From the NCBI GenBank assembly GCA_013239625.1, contig MU053513.1, positions 3,398,927 through 3,462,926 of the forward strand: a DNA stretch of 64,000 bases. Direction: 5' to 3'. Position numbers and translations under genes: made by a program. Origin of the DNA: Lama guanicoe. Lineage: Eukaryota. Within the stretch, counting starts at the first letter, position 1, and the number at the start of each line of letters is the position of its first letter. The notes under the pieces were generated by a model, which worked only from the letters and a program-made list of their open reading frames with translations, was not told the origin of the DNA and made no database searches. This document shows, one piece after another, positions 25,386 to 38,769 of this stretch.

Positions 25386-26871
25386 TGTTGCTGGAGACTA
25401 GGTTCTTCTCTCTCACAGGAAAGCGTTTAAGAGCAAGCCATAGTAAAATGGAAGCAGATTTATTCAGGGAGATATATACTCCATAGACAGAGTGAGGACT
25501 GTCTCAGAAGGCAAGAGAGGTGGCCCCCGCGTAGGGGGTTGTTTGTTTTTGTGGGCTGGGTAATTTCATATGCTAACAAACAGGAAGATTATTCCAACAA
25601 TTTTCGGGAAAGGTTGGGGATTTCCAGGAATCGGGCCCTCCCACCCACTTTTTGGACTTTTATGGTCACCCACCCACTTTTTGGACTTTTATGGTCAGTC
25701 TAGGAACTGTCATGGTGCCTGCAGGTGTGTCATTTAGCAACAAATGTATGACATTAAGCATATCATGAGGCTCAAGAATCTTCTGCCATCTTGGGCCCAG
25801 TTGGTTTTAACCAGTTTATGCCCCATCCTCAACTGCTGTGTCATTCTTTTCAGGGAGCTACTTGGAGAGCTTTATGCATGTCTCTAGGAGCATGAAGGTC
25901 TTACCAGTGACTATTCTAAGGGCGAGGTGCTGTGGCTGGAACTGCCCCATCTGGTGGCAGAATGCAAAGGTGGCTACTTTGAGACTGGCTGTCTGTCCTT
26001 CCTCCCGCGGTGGGTTAAAGGTGCATGTTTTTGAGACTTGATAAGGACCCTGTGGAAATGATCCTAACCAGGTGTGCCGCCTAAGGAAAAGGAACAGAGA
26101 ATTGATCCCAGAAATCCAGGAGCCAGACAGAAAAAGGCAGACCAGGCAATCCGAGGGGATTTGTGAAGAACTCACAAAGATACCCCATAGAGCCAGCAAT
26201 TGACTGCTGCCACCTAGAAGGCCCTGCAGGTGGATTACAACTGTACCTGCCACAAAAACTGTGCTCCATTTCCCCAGCACACACCCTTCTGAAGGAGAAT
26301 TAATAAAATGGCCGCACTTAGGCTACCAGATTTCTTATTCTTATGCTTGCCCTTAAAATGGTCAACTGATCTGACTGACTGGTTGCTACTTACAGCTCCA
26401 GGCCCATTGTTTAAATAAAGCTATTACTTTTACTATTTCTTTTTTATTCCAGTAATCAAAAATAATAATCATGCTTGGTTTCTGAGTCATTCTCCAGGGA
26501 GAAGGTCATAGAACTGTAACCTTACAAAACAGGCTAAATACCAAGAAGACCACACTTTGGGTGCTTATAAGATAAAGAGATAGAAAGACCACTAGCCTTT
26601 GTAGAATTGGTCGCCTGGAGGCATCACGACGCCACTCTAAGTCTTCTGATGAGAAAATGATTCTGTTGATTGTTTATTGTTTGAACCATGGCTATATCAT
26701 CACCCTGCCCCATGCCCAAGGTGGGTTCACAGTTTTGAAGACACTAGCCTGCTGTGAATCCCCTTTGCCCAGCTAAGTAATAAAGCTGTCTCTTTTCTTC
26801 TATGTTCCAAGACACTGTCTCTGAGTTTCAATTTGGCTCATCAGGGATGAAGAGCTGATCTTTCGGCAACA
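25386..26871. mobile_element. Composite ERV LTR region: minus-strand LTR from 25386 and plus-strand LTR 26290-26871
   Basis: TGTTG start with homology to LTR A-C; second unit TGAAGG...AATAAA(~26779)...CAACA. Confidence 0.7.
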
Positions 26872-28343
26872 CTCCTACCCTCCAGATATTAAATGCAGTG
26901 ACTAGCAAATTGGGGAGATGGAGCCAGGAAAGAAAAGAAGGTAATTTTGATCCCCTACTCCACATAGGTTAGGGGATAGAAGGGAGTTAACTTTGAATGG
27001 GTTCGGACTTTGAAATTACATTCAGTAGAGCTGTTCTGTGCTTTCTAATGTTTTAGCTCTAAAATAGTGCAGTATGGTTCTCAGTTTTTCTTAGATTTGC
27101 ACTTTCCCTTTTAACCTTTAATATTTCTTTACGCACTACTTTTAAAAATGAATTTTATGCTCTAAGTCTGTATAAGGAAGCATTTGCAAGAAATATTTTT
27201 TTGTGTGTGGCTCTGCTATCTTCTAGAATGGTTTCTTCATCTGTATTCTTTCTCATATTTATTTATTTGTGTTGATATATGTTTACAAAGTTGTCATGCC
27301 CTTTCTTTTCATCTTTTTTGCACTTTCTTTGTCTACACTTTCTATTGGCTCTGCCACAGTGTGGATGAATTCCACTTGCTTTGCTATTCTCTTAGGTTCA
27401 GGGCCAGGGGAAGAGCTCAGTTGTGACTGTGTACGTCTTTGGCTGGGGCACCTGCACGCTGCCCTCCTGGGATTTTATTAAATGTTTCCTGTGCTGAACT
27501 CTGTCTGACTGCTGGGGTTTATCTCCATCACACTAAGAACATCACTAGGCTTTGGATTATTCCTTCAAATTATCAGCGAGTCCCGAGTTCCTTGTTTCCT
27601 TTAGAGAAAGTAATCTAAAATTTTGTTTCATTTTACTTATTGGATTCTATACTTCAATACCACCAGATTTTCCTTTTCATGGTCACCCATTTCTTTCTCT
27701 CTCTCCCCACCCCTACTCTTTCCTCCTCTGAGGAAAAGATAAATAATAAAAGGAGAGTTTTGCCCTGTATCAATAATAAGTGTGTAGGTTACTTCCCTTC
27801 AGACATTAAGAATGTCTCTTCTCCACTTTCCCTCCCTCAGAGATTCTTGTCCCAATAATTCTCTTTTGTCTGCCTTTCTCCTAAATCTCCATTTATTGAT
27901 GGAGATAATTAACTCTGTGTGTTTATGATTGCTCTGTTGTATCCTCTCCATTTTTCTTCTAGCTGGAAGATACTGAAATAGAGAGTCTCAAAAATTCCCT
28001 TTTCTGGTAGGACATGAAGGTAGTTGGGATGAAACATTTCCTCTTTTGCAAAATTCTCTGTCTTCTCCAAAGGATCCCCATATCTCATCTGAATCTCTCT
28101 TTCCCATGTTGCAGGGCAGGGTGGGAGGATGGCTTAAATTTTTCAGGATTTTTTTCATTTATCTTCCCTACAGAGTTTGGAAGATGATGCTAAAAGCCTT
28201 GCCCTACTGCTCTGAGCTTTGTTCCATAAATATTTGGAAACTTCAATGTTTTCCTTTGATAGCTACCAATTTTTGAAAGTTATGATGACCCTTCCCCTTG
28301 TTTGATTGCTATTGATATATGTTTTTGCTACCTTAAAAATTGT

Positions 28344-28670
28344 GAAGTAAGCCAGAAAGAGAAAGAAAAATGCCATATGATATCGTTTATATGTGGAATC
28401 TAAAAAACGGACACAAATGAACTTATCTACAAACTGAAACAGACTCATAGACATAGAGAACAAACTTATGGTTACCAGGGAGGAAATAAGGTGGGAAGAG
28501 ATAAATCGAGAATTCAAAAATTGTGCCTCTTGGACAATGATGGAAATGTTAGCTATCTTGATTGTGTAGAGGTTCCATTGGTGTATACATCTATCAAAAT
28601 TCATCGAATTGCACATTTGAAATATGTGTAATTTACTGTACAGGAACCAAATGACAATAAAGGTGTTAAA
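28344..28670 (+). mobile_element. L1 3'-end fragments
   Basis: gaagtaagccagaaagagaaag...gtggaatctaaaaa...atggttaccaggg L1 3' motifs. Confidence 0.8.
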
Positions 28671-29424
28671 AATTCTTTTTTTCCATTTTCTACTCAAATA
28701 ATTAAGCTATGTTTAAGGGATATTTTTAGATTGGTTGAACTCTAGTATCTAAGCCTTGAACTCTTATTCCCGATCATCAGTTGTATAAATTAAAAATCAT
28801 GATGTTTAAGTGAGTTGCTTGAAACACAGTTTAATCAAAGAAAGTGGCAGGGAAGAGCCATGATTTGAATCTAGGCCTGCCTTTCATCCTGTAATCAATA
28901 TTCTATTCTGTAACCAATAAAGAGTAGTGAGGAGCTTTAAATAGGTGACTGATGAAATGAAACATTCATTTCAGGTTTGGGAGGTGGCTCCTGGTCTGGT
29001 AGAGATAGATGAGATGAATTTTCAGAGAGGAAACTATGAAAGCAATGAAACAAGCTAGGAAGAAAGGTTTCATAAAATCAGACATGAAGCAATGAGGGAG
29101 GGTCTGAGGTAAAGAGGAACTTCCTCCATGTCTTAGAGTTTTGAATTTGGTAATCAGGGTTCTTGCTCCTCATACGTTTCCAGGGTACCATCAACTTGTC
29201 TATCACATACTCAAATATGTAAAAATTTCTTATTAAAATTGGGAAGCTTTGGGTTAGGAAGCAATCTAAGGACTAGCTCCTAGTCTTTTTCCACCATATA
29301 TTTGCATGTACACCAAATCATTTCAAGTTACCAGGCCTCTGTTTTCTTATGTTTAAACTGGAGAAGTTTAATTAGATGGACGACAAGTTCCCTTCCAATT
29401 CACAGTAGATGCTCGGAAGCAGGG

Positions 29425-31390
29425 GAATGATGTCAGCACCATAAGACCCCCTTTTTGCCCCCCTCTTCCTCTTTAAACAATGAATTTGGCATCTACCTAT
29501 GAACAAAAGTACCTCTGTGGGAGTTGTGAGATTCAATACTGTATGGCAGGGGGCCCAGGGGGAGTCTTGCCCCACCTGTGCATTGGGCAACAGGCAGAGA
29601 GACCTTGCTTGGTATGGGCAGTGGAACCAGCAGGAGCTTGTGAACTGGCCATAGTCCCTCTTGATCTTGGCAGAGGAAAGACAGGAGAGACTGTAGAAGT
29701 ACAGCCTGCCCAAAGAGAGATTCCAGCACTTCATTTGAACAAAAAAGAACTCAAGTTTTGACGCGTTGGAGAGCGTGAGAAGAGCTTTGCCAGGGCCTCC
29801 CTGCCTGCAAAGCAGCACAGCTGGAAGGCTGAACTAGCCCTTGGTGACCTATCCCATGGGGGCAAAGGGAGAGAGGTGGGCGAGTGGCTGGCTACCCTGC
29901 TATTTGGAGCACTGCTGGAGAAGCCCATTTCTGTCCTGTAGCACCCAGACTATTGATGCTGGACCTCCGTGACTAGAGGGAGGGACAAGATCAGGAAAGC
30001 GTATAAGAACATCAAAGGGCATTAAAGGGATGAGGTTCCTCCTGTGGACAACTTTCGGGAGTGCAGAAGGAAGCCCACCCATTAGCCGCTAGGAAAACCT
30101 CATCCAAGGATTCCCCCACCCCGCCACGCCCACTGGCAACCCCAAGGCCCTGAGTGCTAAATCCACCTCTCCCTCCAAGTCTGCAGCTGTCTCCTTGTGT
30201 CTGCTCCCAAGTGCAGCTGAGAGAGCAAGCTCCTCTAGGGAGTCCGTTCGCCGGCAGGCCTGAGTCTGTGGGCAAGAAATCACAAACTTGAGCTTTATCG
30301 CCACCTTCTGGAAAACAAAAGGAAGGTTTCTAGCCGCCAGCCCCGTGAGTTACAAGAACCAGAAAAGACATAAAAATCTTAAGAATTCTGCCACAAGAGG
30401 GCGCAAGAAGCGTGGAGTGGGTGTAGCCTCATAGGGCTGGAGAAAGCAGCAGGTAAGTGGGACTGACAAAAAAATCTGCCACCAGAAGTCAACAGGTAAA
30501 GATTTGAGGAGGTATCTGCTGCTTCAAAGGCAAGATCAGAAATGCAAAACTCCAACGAACATGAACAATCAAGGAAACATGACATCATCCTAAGATAATT
30601 GTGATCTTCTACTATCCAAATTCGAGGGCATGGAATTTTGTAATTTAGTAGATAAAGAATTCAAAGTAGCTGTTGGAAGATACTCAGTAAGTGACAAGAA
30701 AAACAAAAAGACAATTTAATGAAATCAGGAAAACAATCCATGAACAAAATGAGAAACTTAATTAAAAAAATAGAAATAATAGAAAAGAGCCAAACAGAAA
30801 CTCCAGAGCTGAAGAATCCAATGAATGAAATGAAAAGTGCAGTGGAGGTTGTCTACAGCAGAACAGATCAAACAGAAGATAGAATCAATGATCTTAAAGG
30901 ATAGCAACTTTGAAATAATCCAGCCAAAGCAGAACAAAGAAAAAAGAATGAAAAAGAGAGAAGAAAGCCTACATAATCTATGGGACACCATTAAATGGAC
31001 ATATACTAGAATAATTGGACTTCTGGAAGGAGAAGAGAGAAGTGGGCAGAGAGTCTATTTAAAGAAAAAATAGCTGAGCATTTCCTAAGCCTGGGGAGAG
31101 ACTTAGACATACAAGTTCATGAAGCTAATAGATTACTCCATTATCTCAATGCAAAAGACCCTCTCCAAGGCACATTATAATGAAACTGCCAAAAATTAAA
31201 GACAAGAAGAATCCTAAAAGCAGCAAGAGAAAAAAAAATTGTAAAAGAAAAAAGGCCCATTAGACTGTCAGTGAATTTCTCAGCAAAAACCCTGTAGGCC
31301 AGAAGAGAGTGGAATAATATATTCAAATTTTTAAAAGAAAAAAATGCCAGCAAGAGTACTTTATTCAGCAAAGATATCCTTCAGATATGA
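29425..31390 (+). mobile_element. Older L1 5' portion (5'UTR plus decayed ORF1), 3' part missing
   Basis: Frameshifted ORF1 pieces (LKNPMNEMKS, LWDTIK, RLSVNFS). Confidence 0.82.
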
Positions 31391-32334
31391 AAGGAAGATG
31401 ATGAAGGTTCTGATCCAAAAGAAGTCCCATTGTATGAAAAGTAGCAAGTGCTGAGGAAAGACGTGAGGCGTGTGTGTGAGAGGCAAGAGGGCAAGAGAGG
31501 AGACTGTCCTTTACTCACAGTGCAGCTTCGTGGGTTGAAGGTTTTGGGGAAATTTGGGAACCTCACTGGCTAAGACAGTGAAAGCCTCTAAGAAAAATTT
31601 TGTGCCAACAAGGGATGGCCACAGTATCATAAGAATTGTGTCATGGTGGTTTTAGGCAGACCAGTAGCTGGTTTCCCATGGCTGGTGCATATAGCAGAAG
31701 AGATACAGAGGTTCCTGAGCAACTCTGAGGGGGATATAAAGGGTAATTTAGAAAGAAGCATGAACATGCTTGCCAGGAATTCATAGCAGAGGATCAGTAG
31801 AGGTCTCTGTTCAAAGGAACACAATAGTGGTAGCTGTGAGTGGGCAACTCTAAGTTGAGGTCCAGATGGAGGGTGTTGTTAAGTCTCAGAGGATTTGCAG
31901 CGTCAGTGAAAATCAACATAGATAGCCTGGTCCGCAGGAGGAGATGGCTGAGCTTCTTGAGAGCCATCATCATGGATTGCCTATGCCAAGAGATCAGACA
32001 AGCAGATCCAGTTTTAGCAGCAATCACAGTAAACACATGGACCAATGCCCAGAGCTCAGGTGAGGCAAGATATGCAGCAGCCACACATCATCTGGGTGCC
32101 AGGGGAGGACGACCAAGTGTAGACCAGGCAACACCCGTGCTGGGCTATTGCTAAGACATCGTATCAACGTCTTCTGTGCCCAGATCTCAAAAGATGAGAG
32201 GGGAAGAGAAAGAATAAGAGGGGGAAACCCTTGAAAAATGGAGCATTAATCTCCCAAGAGACTGAGTGTATCTTAAATAGCTGTTTCACCATTAATTGGG
32301 AAAACCTGAGTTTTTCATCCCACCCTACCCCCTC

Positions 32335-33890
32335 ACTTGTTCAACTTTGTATTTTGAAAATTTTCAAACCTACAAAAAAGTTGAAAATTTTTACAATGAA
32401 CATTCCTATTCCTTCATCAACGTTCATCAGCTTTTAACATTTTGTCTTATTTAATTGATCTACCTACCTATCTACCTACTTATCTATCATCTATTAATTT
32501 TTTTTCCTAAGCATTTGAAAGCAAGTTGTGGACATCGTGGCCTTTGTATCTAACTATTAGGTTTAACTTTATGAAATTTCTTATATTTAGTCATTTCCAT
32601 ATTTTTAATTTAATACTTCAGTATGCATCTTCTAAGAATAAGAAAAGGACATCCTCTTATATAACAACAGTACTACCAACACCCATCAGAAAACTCACAT
32701 TAATTTGGTCATATCTAATATACAGTCCACGTTTAACTTTTTCTGGTTGTTCAAAATATCTTTTATAGATGATTCACTTTCCCCATCCTGATCCAAGGTC
32801 CAGTTGAGGCTCATGCATTGCATTTGGTATTTCTGCCTCTTTAGTCCCCATATCTTTTCATGACACTGATTTTTATATTTCAAAAAATAAAAGACCAGTG
32901 TCTTATAAAACTGCATATTTTGATTTTGTCTGACTTGTTTCCTCTTGAGTAGATTTAGGTTAAACATTTTGACAAGAAAACCACATAGGTGAGGTTGTGC
33001 ACTTCTTATTGGGTCCTGCCAAGTGGCACATGACACACGGTTCAAATATTGGTGATGCCAAGTTTGATTATTTATTTGATTAAGGTGGTGACCACACAAT
33101 TTCTCCATTATAAAGATACATTTTTCCTTTTTCAATCATTAACTAATATATAGGATATACTATTTTGAGACTGTAAGAATATTATGTCCCCAGCAACCTT
33201 TTATTCAAAATCCTTATTGATGATCCTTAGTTATTATATTGGAGGTTTGCCAAGTGATGATTTTCTTTCTTTTTCTTTCTTTCTTTTTTTTTTTTTTGGA
33301 GGAGGAGGTAAGTAGTTTCATTAAAAAATGTTTTTTTTTCTCTCCACCCTTCTCCCTAATTTTTTTCTTTAATGGAGGTACTGGGGATTGAATCCAGGAC
33401 TTATGCATGCTAAGCATGCAGTCTACCACTAATCCATACCTACCCCTCAATGATTTTCTAATTCTGTCATTTCTTCTACACTTACTAGTGCTATTCTTCT
33501 GAAAAAAAGAAAAAAAGCTAAAGTTCTTTCTCTTTTGAATATCACTATGGATTCATAAATTTTATTTTTATTTTATTCAATGTATTATTATTCATTATCA
33601 TCATTATTTATATTTTTTGAAGCTCAAAATTTCACATATTTGATCAGTGGGCAACCACTTCAAGCTGGCTTCTTTGTCCTTTTGGCATGACCTCACTGGT
33701 CCTTGAGCACATCCACGCTTTCTGACACATCAAAATGCTCCAGGTTCACCTAGTGCTTTGTCTGCTACAGACCTGGAGTTGCTTCTTCAAGGATCCCTAT
33801 CTCTGTTCCATGGATGATGATATTTAGAAACCAAGATCTGGTTGCCAGCTGTGCTCATTGCTGTAGAGTGTACTGCTTCTAGGCCCAATA
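32335..33890 (-). mobile_element. Ancient L1M (MC/ME-like) 3' fragment
   Basis: attaaggtggtgaccac and ccaagatctggttgccag motifs recalled from L1MC 3' ends. Confidence 0.65.
33267..33449 (-). mobile_element. vic-1-like SINE with bipartite tail
   Basis: tRNA-like head (33374-33448); TSD ATGATTTTCT at 33257-33266 and 33450-33459. Confidence 0.9.
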
Positions 33891-36800
33891 AGGGACTCCA
33901 GGGCACGTCTGAGTGTTAGTATGAAAATTTACCTCTCACCCAAATAACCAATTATATGGTTATTTACCTCATAACCATCTAATTAATTTTTTAGGCTTAC
34001 TCCAATTCCCCACACAGGAGTCAGAATGCTATTTGAAAAGGTAAATTAGATCATATTTTCCCCTGCTTAAAATCATCATGCACTAAACTTCAGCTGCACT
34101 GGTCTTCCTTCAGTTCCTCTAACGTAACAGTCCCTGGAGGTGACAAGATGGTCCATTTTAAAAAACCTTACCCTTTAAAACTTTCAAAATTTTGTATATA
34201 TTTTATAATGTGTATGTTTATTAGTACAACAGCACACACAATGTAAATATAACCAAATAAATATGATTGAAGTTGGGTGATTAAAAATGATTAAAAATTG
34301 ATAAGATGCCTATCAATTTGGAATTTGGAAAGCACTGCTTTAATCCTGAATTTCCTGCTGGGATTTTTAGATGTTCTATTTCCATGAGGAATTTACAGGT
34401 TAGTTCTGTTTCCTCTGTAAAACTGTAAATATCATGAATGCATGAACCATATTGTTTTATTTCTCCATTGTATACTCAATCATCTAGAACATGACTGGCA
34501 CATAGTATTATTCAATACGTATTTGTTGAATAGATGTTAGAGAGAATAAATAGAAATAGAAGAGAAAAGAATGGAAAATACAGTTTGGTCAGTTGTCAAA
34601 AATATCTCTGAAGCATTTATTTATTTTGTATGCTATTTATTCTGCATGCAAATTTCTCACTCACATATGAAGTAATCGGTTGGTTGACTGGTAGACTGAC
34701 TAGAAGAACAAAGTTATAAACAGTCTTATAATGGAGGGGGTTACTGCTGACGGCTTGAGAAGATTTTTGGGGCAAAGTGATTACTTGGAAGCTAGCAGAG
34801 CTCAGACTGAACTCTGTCCTTGCACAGGCCAATGGGGGGAGTTAAAGAAAACAATTTTAGTTGTTTATATAGAGTCCCTAAAATCTTGAGTTTAACTATG
34901 GGTTATACATAGCAGACTACCTGTATGTAATGTCTGACTGTCCTTCTGTCCATACTCTACTTTACTCAGGCCAGGTCTGTGCCATTTCCTTCAGAGGAAC
35001 TTCTGGGTGATTTGAACAGAGATCTAGCTTTCGAATTTCTTGGCCCGCCCAAATGCTTTCTTTTGTTTCTTGTGGGTTTCTGCAGGGTTGAACTCTCCTA
35101 CACATATACTTCATCATGGGTGCAAAAAAAGCTCCCTGTTAATTGACTCTCTTTTAGAAGGACATAGTTCTAGAGGTTAGGTGACAACTGGGAAATTGAA
35201 CTTAGCAAAATTAAAATTTCTTCCACACAGACTCAGCGTGGTATTTTCAATTGCTAGTAGTGATAGCAGTATCAGGGGTAAGGCAGGTATCTCTGTAGGA
35301 GAGGTTTGCTCTGAAAGTAGTAAAGTGTTAAGGCGTCTTTTTGAGGAGGTTTTGTCAGAGAAACCTAGAACTTACCTTTGATGTCTCTGAATTTCATGTC
35401 TTTCTGTGCAATTCAAACATGCAAAAGAGAAATCACATTTCTTAAGGTCAGGATTCATCAGTGGCGGAATCAGCATGAGGCAAAGGGACAAAGATTCCAT
35501 AAGCTCTCATTCCAGGACCCTCCATCTAAATTCAGGTAAACTTTTGTTGTCATGAATATCTATGTCAGCCTGATTATCAGACAGAAAGGAGAGGAGTGTT
35601 ATTATGGGCCTCATGTATGGTGTGTGGGATGGGGTAGGCCAGCCTCAGTTTCCCCACCCCTTCATATGTTTATTTTGACTATTTAAGAGTTGCAGGAATT
35701 TTTTTTCAATGCATTAGTTGGACTATACCCCTGTTTTCCCACCATCTTTTCTCTTGTTACCTCTGTTTAGCTCTAGTCACAAAATTGCAGGCTCCCTTAA
35801 AATCTCAGCTGAGGTGAGTATTATGATATTTTTGTACATAAAATCTTAAAATACTAGGTATTTTTTTCAGTAATGGGACAAGTTTGGATTCTTTTGAAAT
35901 TCTTCGATATTAACGTGATCAAAATCAGTGGTGCTTTTGTTTTTCCTTGTCCTTTTCCCTTAACTGCAGTAGTTAATTTATGGATAGGCATTCAATAGAA
36001 AATGTTTCAGCCAAAAATACCCTTCTGAGGGTTATATTTTTCAACCTTTTTACTGCAATTACAGTAACACCCAATTAATGACAATCATGCTTTTTGTAGT
36101 ATGAATTATATTTTCACTTTGCTTTGGTATAATTTGTATGACAAGTTCATTTTCCCTGTTGAGCTCACAATACTTCCACATGAAGAACATGTACTCCTTT
36201 TCTCCATTCTGAGTATCTTTTACCCTGTAGGTAGTCATGACAGGGCTGGAATAATCTAAGAAGAATGATTACACTACATATAACTAAAGTTGCCATGTTA
36301 GCACTGTGAGTATTTTTGAAAAAATTCATTTAGAATCTTCCTACAGGGGAAATAGAGAACAGGCTAGTTTTGTCCTTGTCATCACCATCATCATCCATAC
36401 TTTGTCATCATCATCATCATCAAATGAAATGCATAAATAGCCCAGCAGAATCACATGTGACTTTAAAATTATTTGATTTACTGTGGTCATTCTCATTGAT
36501 GGCTCTAAGAATAGCCAGGAATTTAGAAACACCAATTTCTGCAAATCTATCTTTGGAAATCATGATTAAATTGACCCTAAACCTTGGTAACCTCTAATTC
36601 TAATGGTATATAGACAACATCAGAATTAGAACTAGAGCCAAGGATTCATTTCAGTCCCTATTCTTTGGTGATAAAACTCAATTGATGGGATGTAAAAACA
36701 GACACAGAAACACAGCCCATAAGTTGTATATTTCTAGCAATTATGTACTGTTAAGCCTGCCTAGTTTTGCTTTGTTTTATGTTAACCGATATCAGAAAGG

Positions 36801-38769
36801 ATATTCTACCTGGAAATCTGGATTCCTGACTCCTCTTATAAAATCAGAATCCTCACATTCTCAGGTTTCCATTCCCCTAAGGCAACATGCAGCTTTATAG
36901 TGGTGCAGGTGCTCCCAGCGCCCTGAAGTCCCTACCCCTCATTCAAGTACAGCCTACATACTTATACTGCTTGTGTCCTGTATTTTTGCTCTACTGATCG
37001 CTACAGGCATTCTATTTGCAACCCTTAAGCAAAAGTACACACTGTGGGTTACTCGGAAAGTGCCTGGTTTGGAAACCCAGGGCCTGGGTAGATGTGACTG
37101 TAATGTCTCTGGTTCTGTTTCCTCATCTGTTCCATTGGGCTCAATAAATCTCTTTCAATGGTCTTTTGTGATAGTTGTGGCCTTCAACTGAGACAACTCA
37201 TGTAAAAACACTTTGAAGTGCTACAAGGGTAAACACACGTTAATCATATCCTTGTACAACAAATAGACATAGTTCATCAACTAAAAGTTTGAGCTCCCTC
37301 TGTAGACAGGAAACTATCCTTGATCTGAAGCAGAAATGGTCTGTTTTGTAGACAGCTGGTGTCATGGAAAAAGCCTCACAAGTTAGGCTCTTAGAAGAGC
37401 CTCACAAGTAATTGCACCTACGTGAACCTCATGTCCTCATCTATAAAATGTGGAAGACAGAGCCTGCCCTCCGAACTCACAGGTTTGTGGTCAGGATCAA
37501 GTGAAATAAAGTATGCAAACTTGATGAATAAACTGTAAGACATTATCTTAATATAGGCAATAATTAGTACTTGGTGATAAAATATGAACACATACAATAA
37601 ACTAAGAATATTTACAAGCCTAATATTTACATACCTCAAGAGCATGAAGCGTAGTTTTGAATTAAGCCAGAGACAGCTTTTTGGAAGAGGAAATTTTCAT
37701 TGTGTCTCATTTCTAGCTGTACACCTGAGAATGGACCTATTTTGCTAATTGAAATAAGCTTGCTATTTGTGCTTTATTTCTAATGCACACCTTTGTTGTG
37801 AGAGGAGTTGGGTATTTCACATTTTCTTCAGATTTCTTACTCCAATGTCATACAGTATATAAAGTTAAATTCAGAAGAGTGCAAAAAATAACGTGATGGT
37901 TTTGTGACTAAGAAATCTCGGAATTAGTTGTCAGAGATGGAAGAAATCTTTGAGGTGATATTTTACAAACCAGAAAGCAGAAGAGCAGAGAGGTTAAGTG
38001 ACTTGTGCAAGTTCTCGATGCTATGAAGTTGGAAGGCTAGAGCTTAAAACCAGGGGTTTGGACTCCAGTGTTCTTACTGGAGTAAGAACTCCAGTTCTCC
38101 AGAAGTAAGTGTTTCTTACATTGATACTGGGGCAGCTTCTGGCTCCTGGTACTGAATTGAATCACGGGATGTTTAGATAATCAGGCTGGGATGAGAACGT
38201 AGGCAGAGGAAAGGAGACGTGTTAATAAAATCGCTGTGAATTAGAAAGTGGGTTTTGGGGTAAACTCCAGCTCCTGTAAAGAAAAAAATGATTTGGCATC
38301 CTTCCCCCGTGCATACTGGTAACCCCTTCCCCACCTACCCCTTCCGTCATTCTTTTAAAGCCTGGTTACTACTTTTACATTCTTAGACGTTGTCTTAAAC
38401 TTCCGCAGGACCCTGGTGTCCCGGGACACTGGTGAGATCCTTTCTCTGATCAGCACGCTAGAGGAGGACAGCTCCTCCAGGAAAATGAAAACTTTCCAAA
38501 CCCACAATCAGAGCGAGAAAAGAACGCGACCACTGGAACGAAGTGTCTACTGGAGGCCAAGAAGTCACTCCTCCCCCTGCTAATTCCTCCAACCTGTGAA
38601 AGCGTGAACTTTCTTAAACCTTTCCCCACAGCCCCAAGGGACCTGTCCTGAGTGTTCGCTGTTAAGAGCTTTAGGGCCTGAACTAGGTCATTCTTCCATG
38701 TGTCTGTCGCTGGACTGCCTCTGGAACTCAATTTCTCTCCTCTCCACTAACCTCGTTTCCTTCTTCCCT

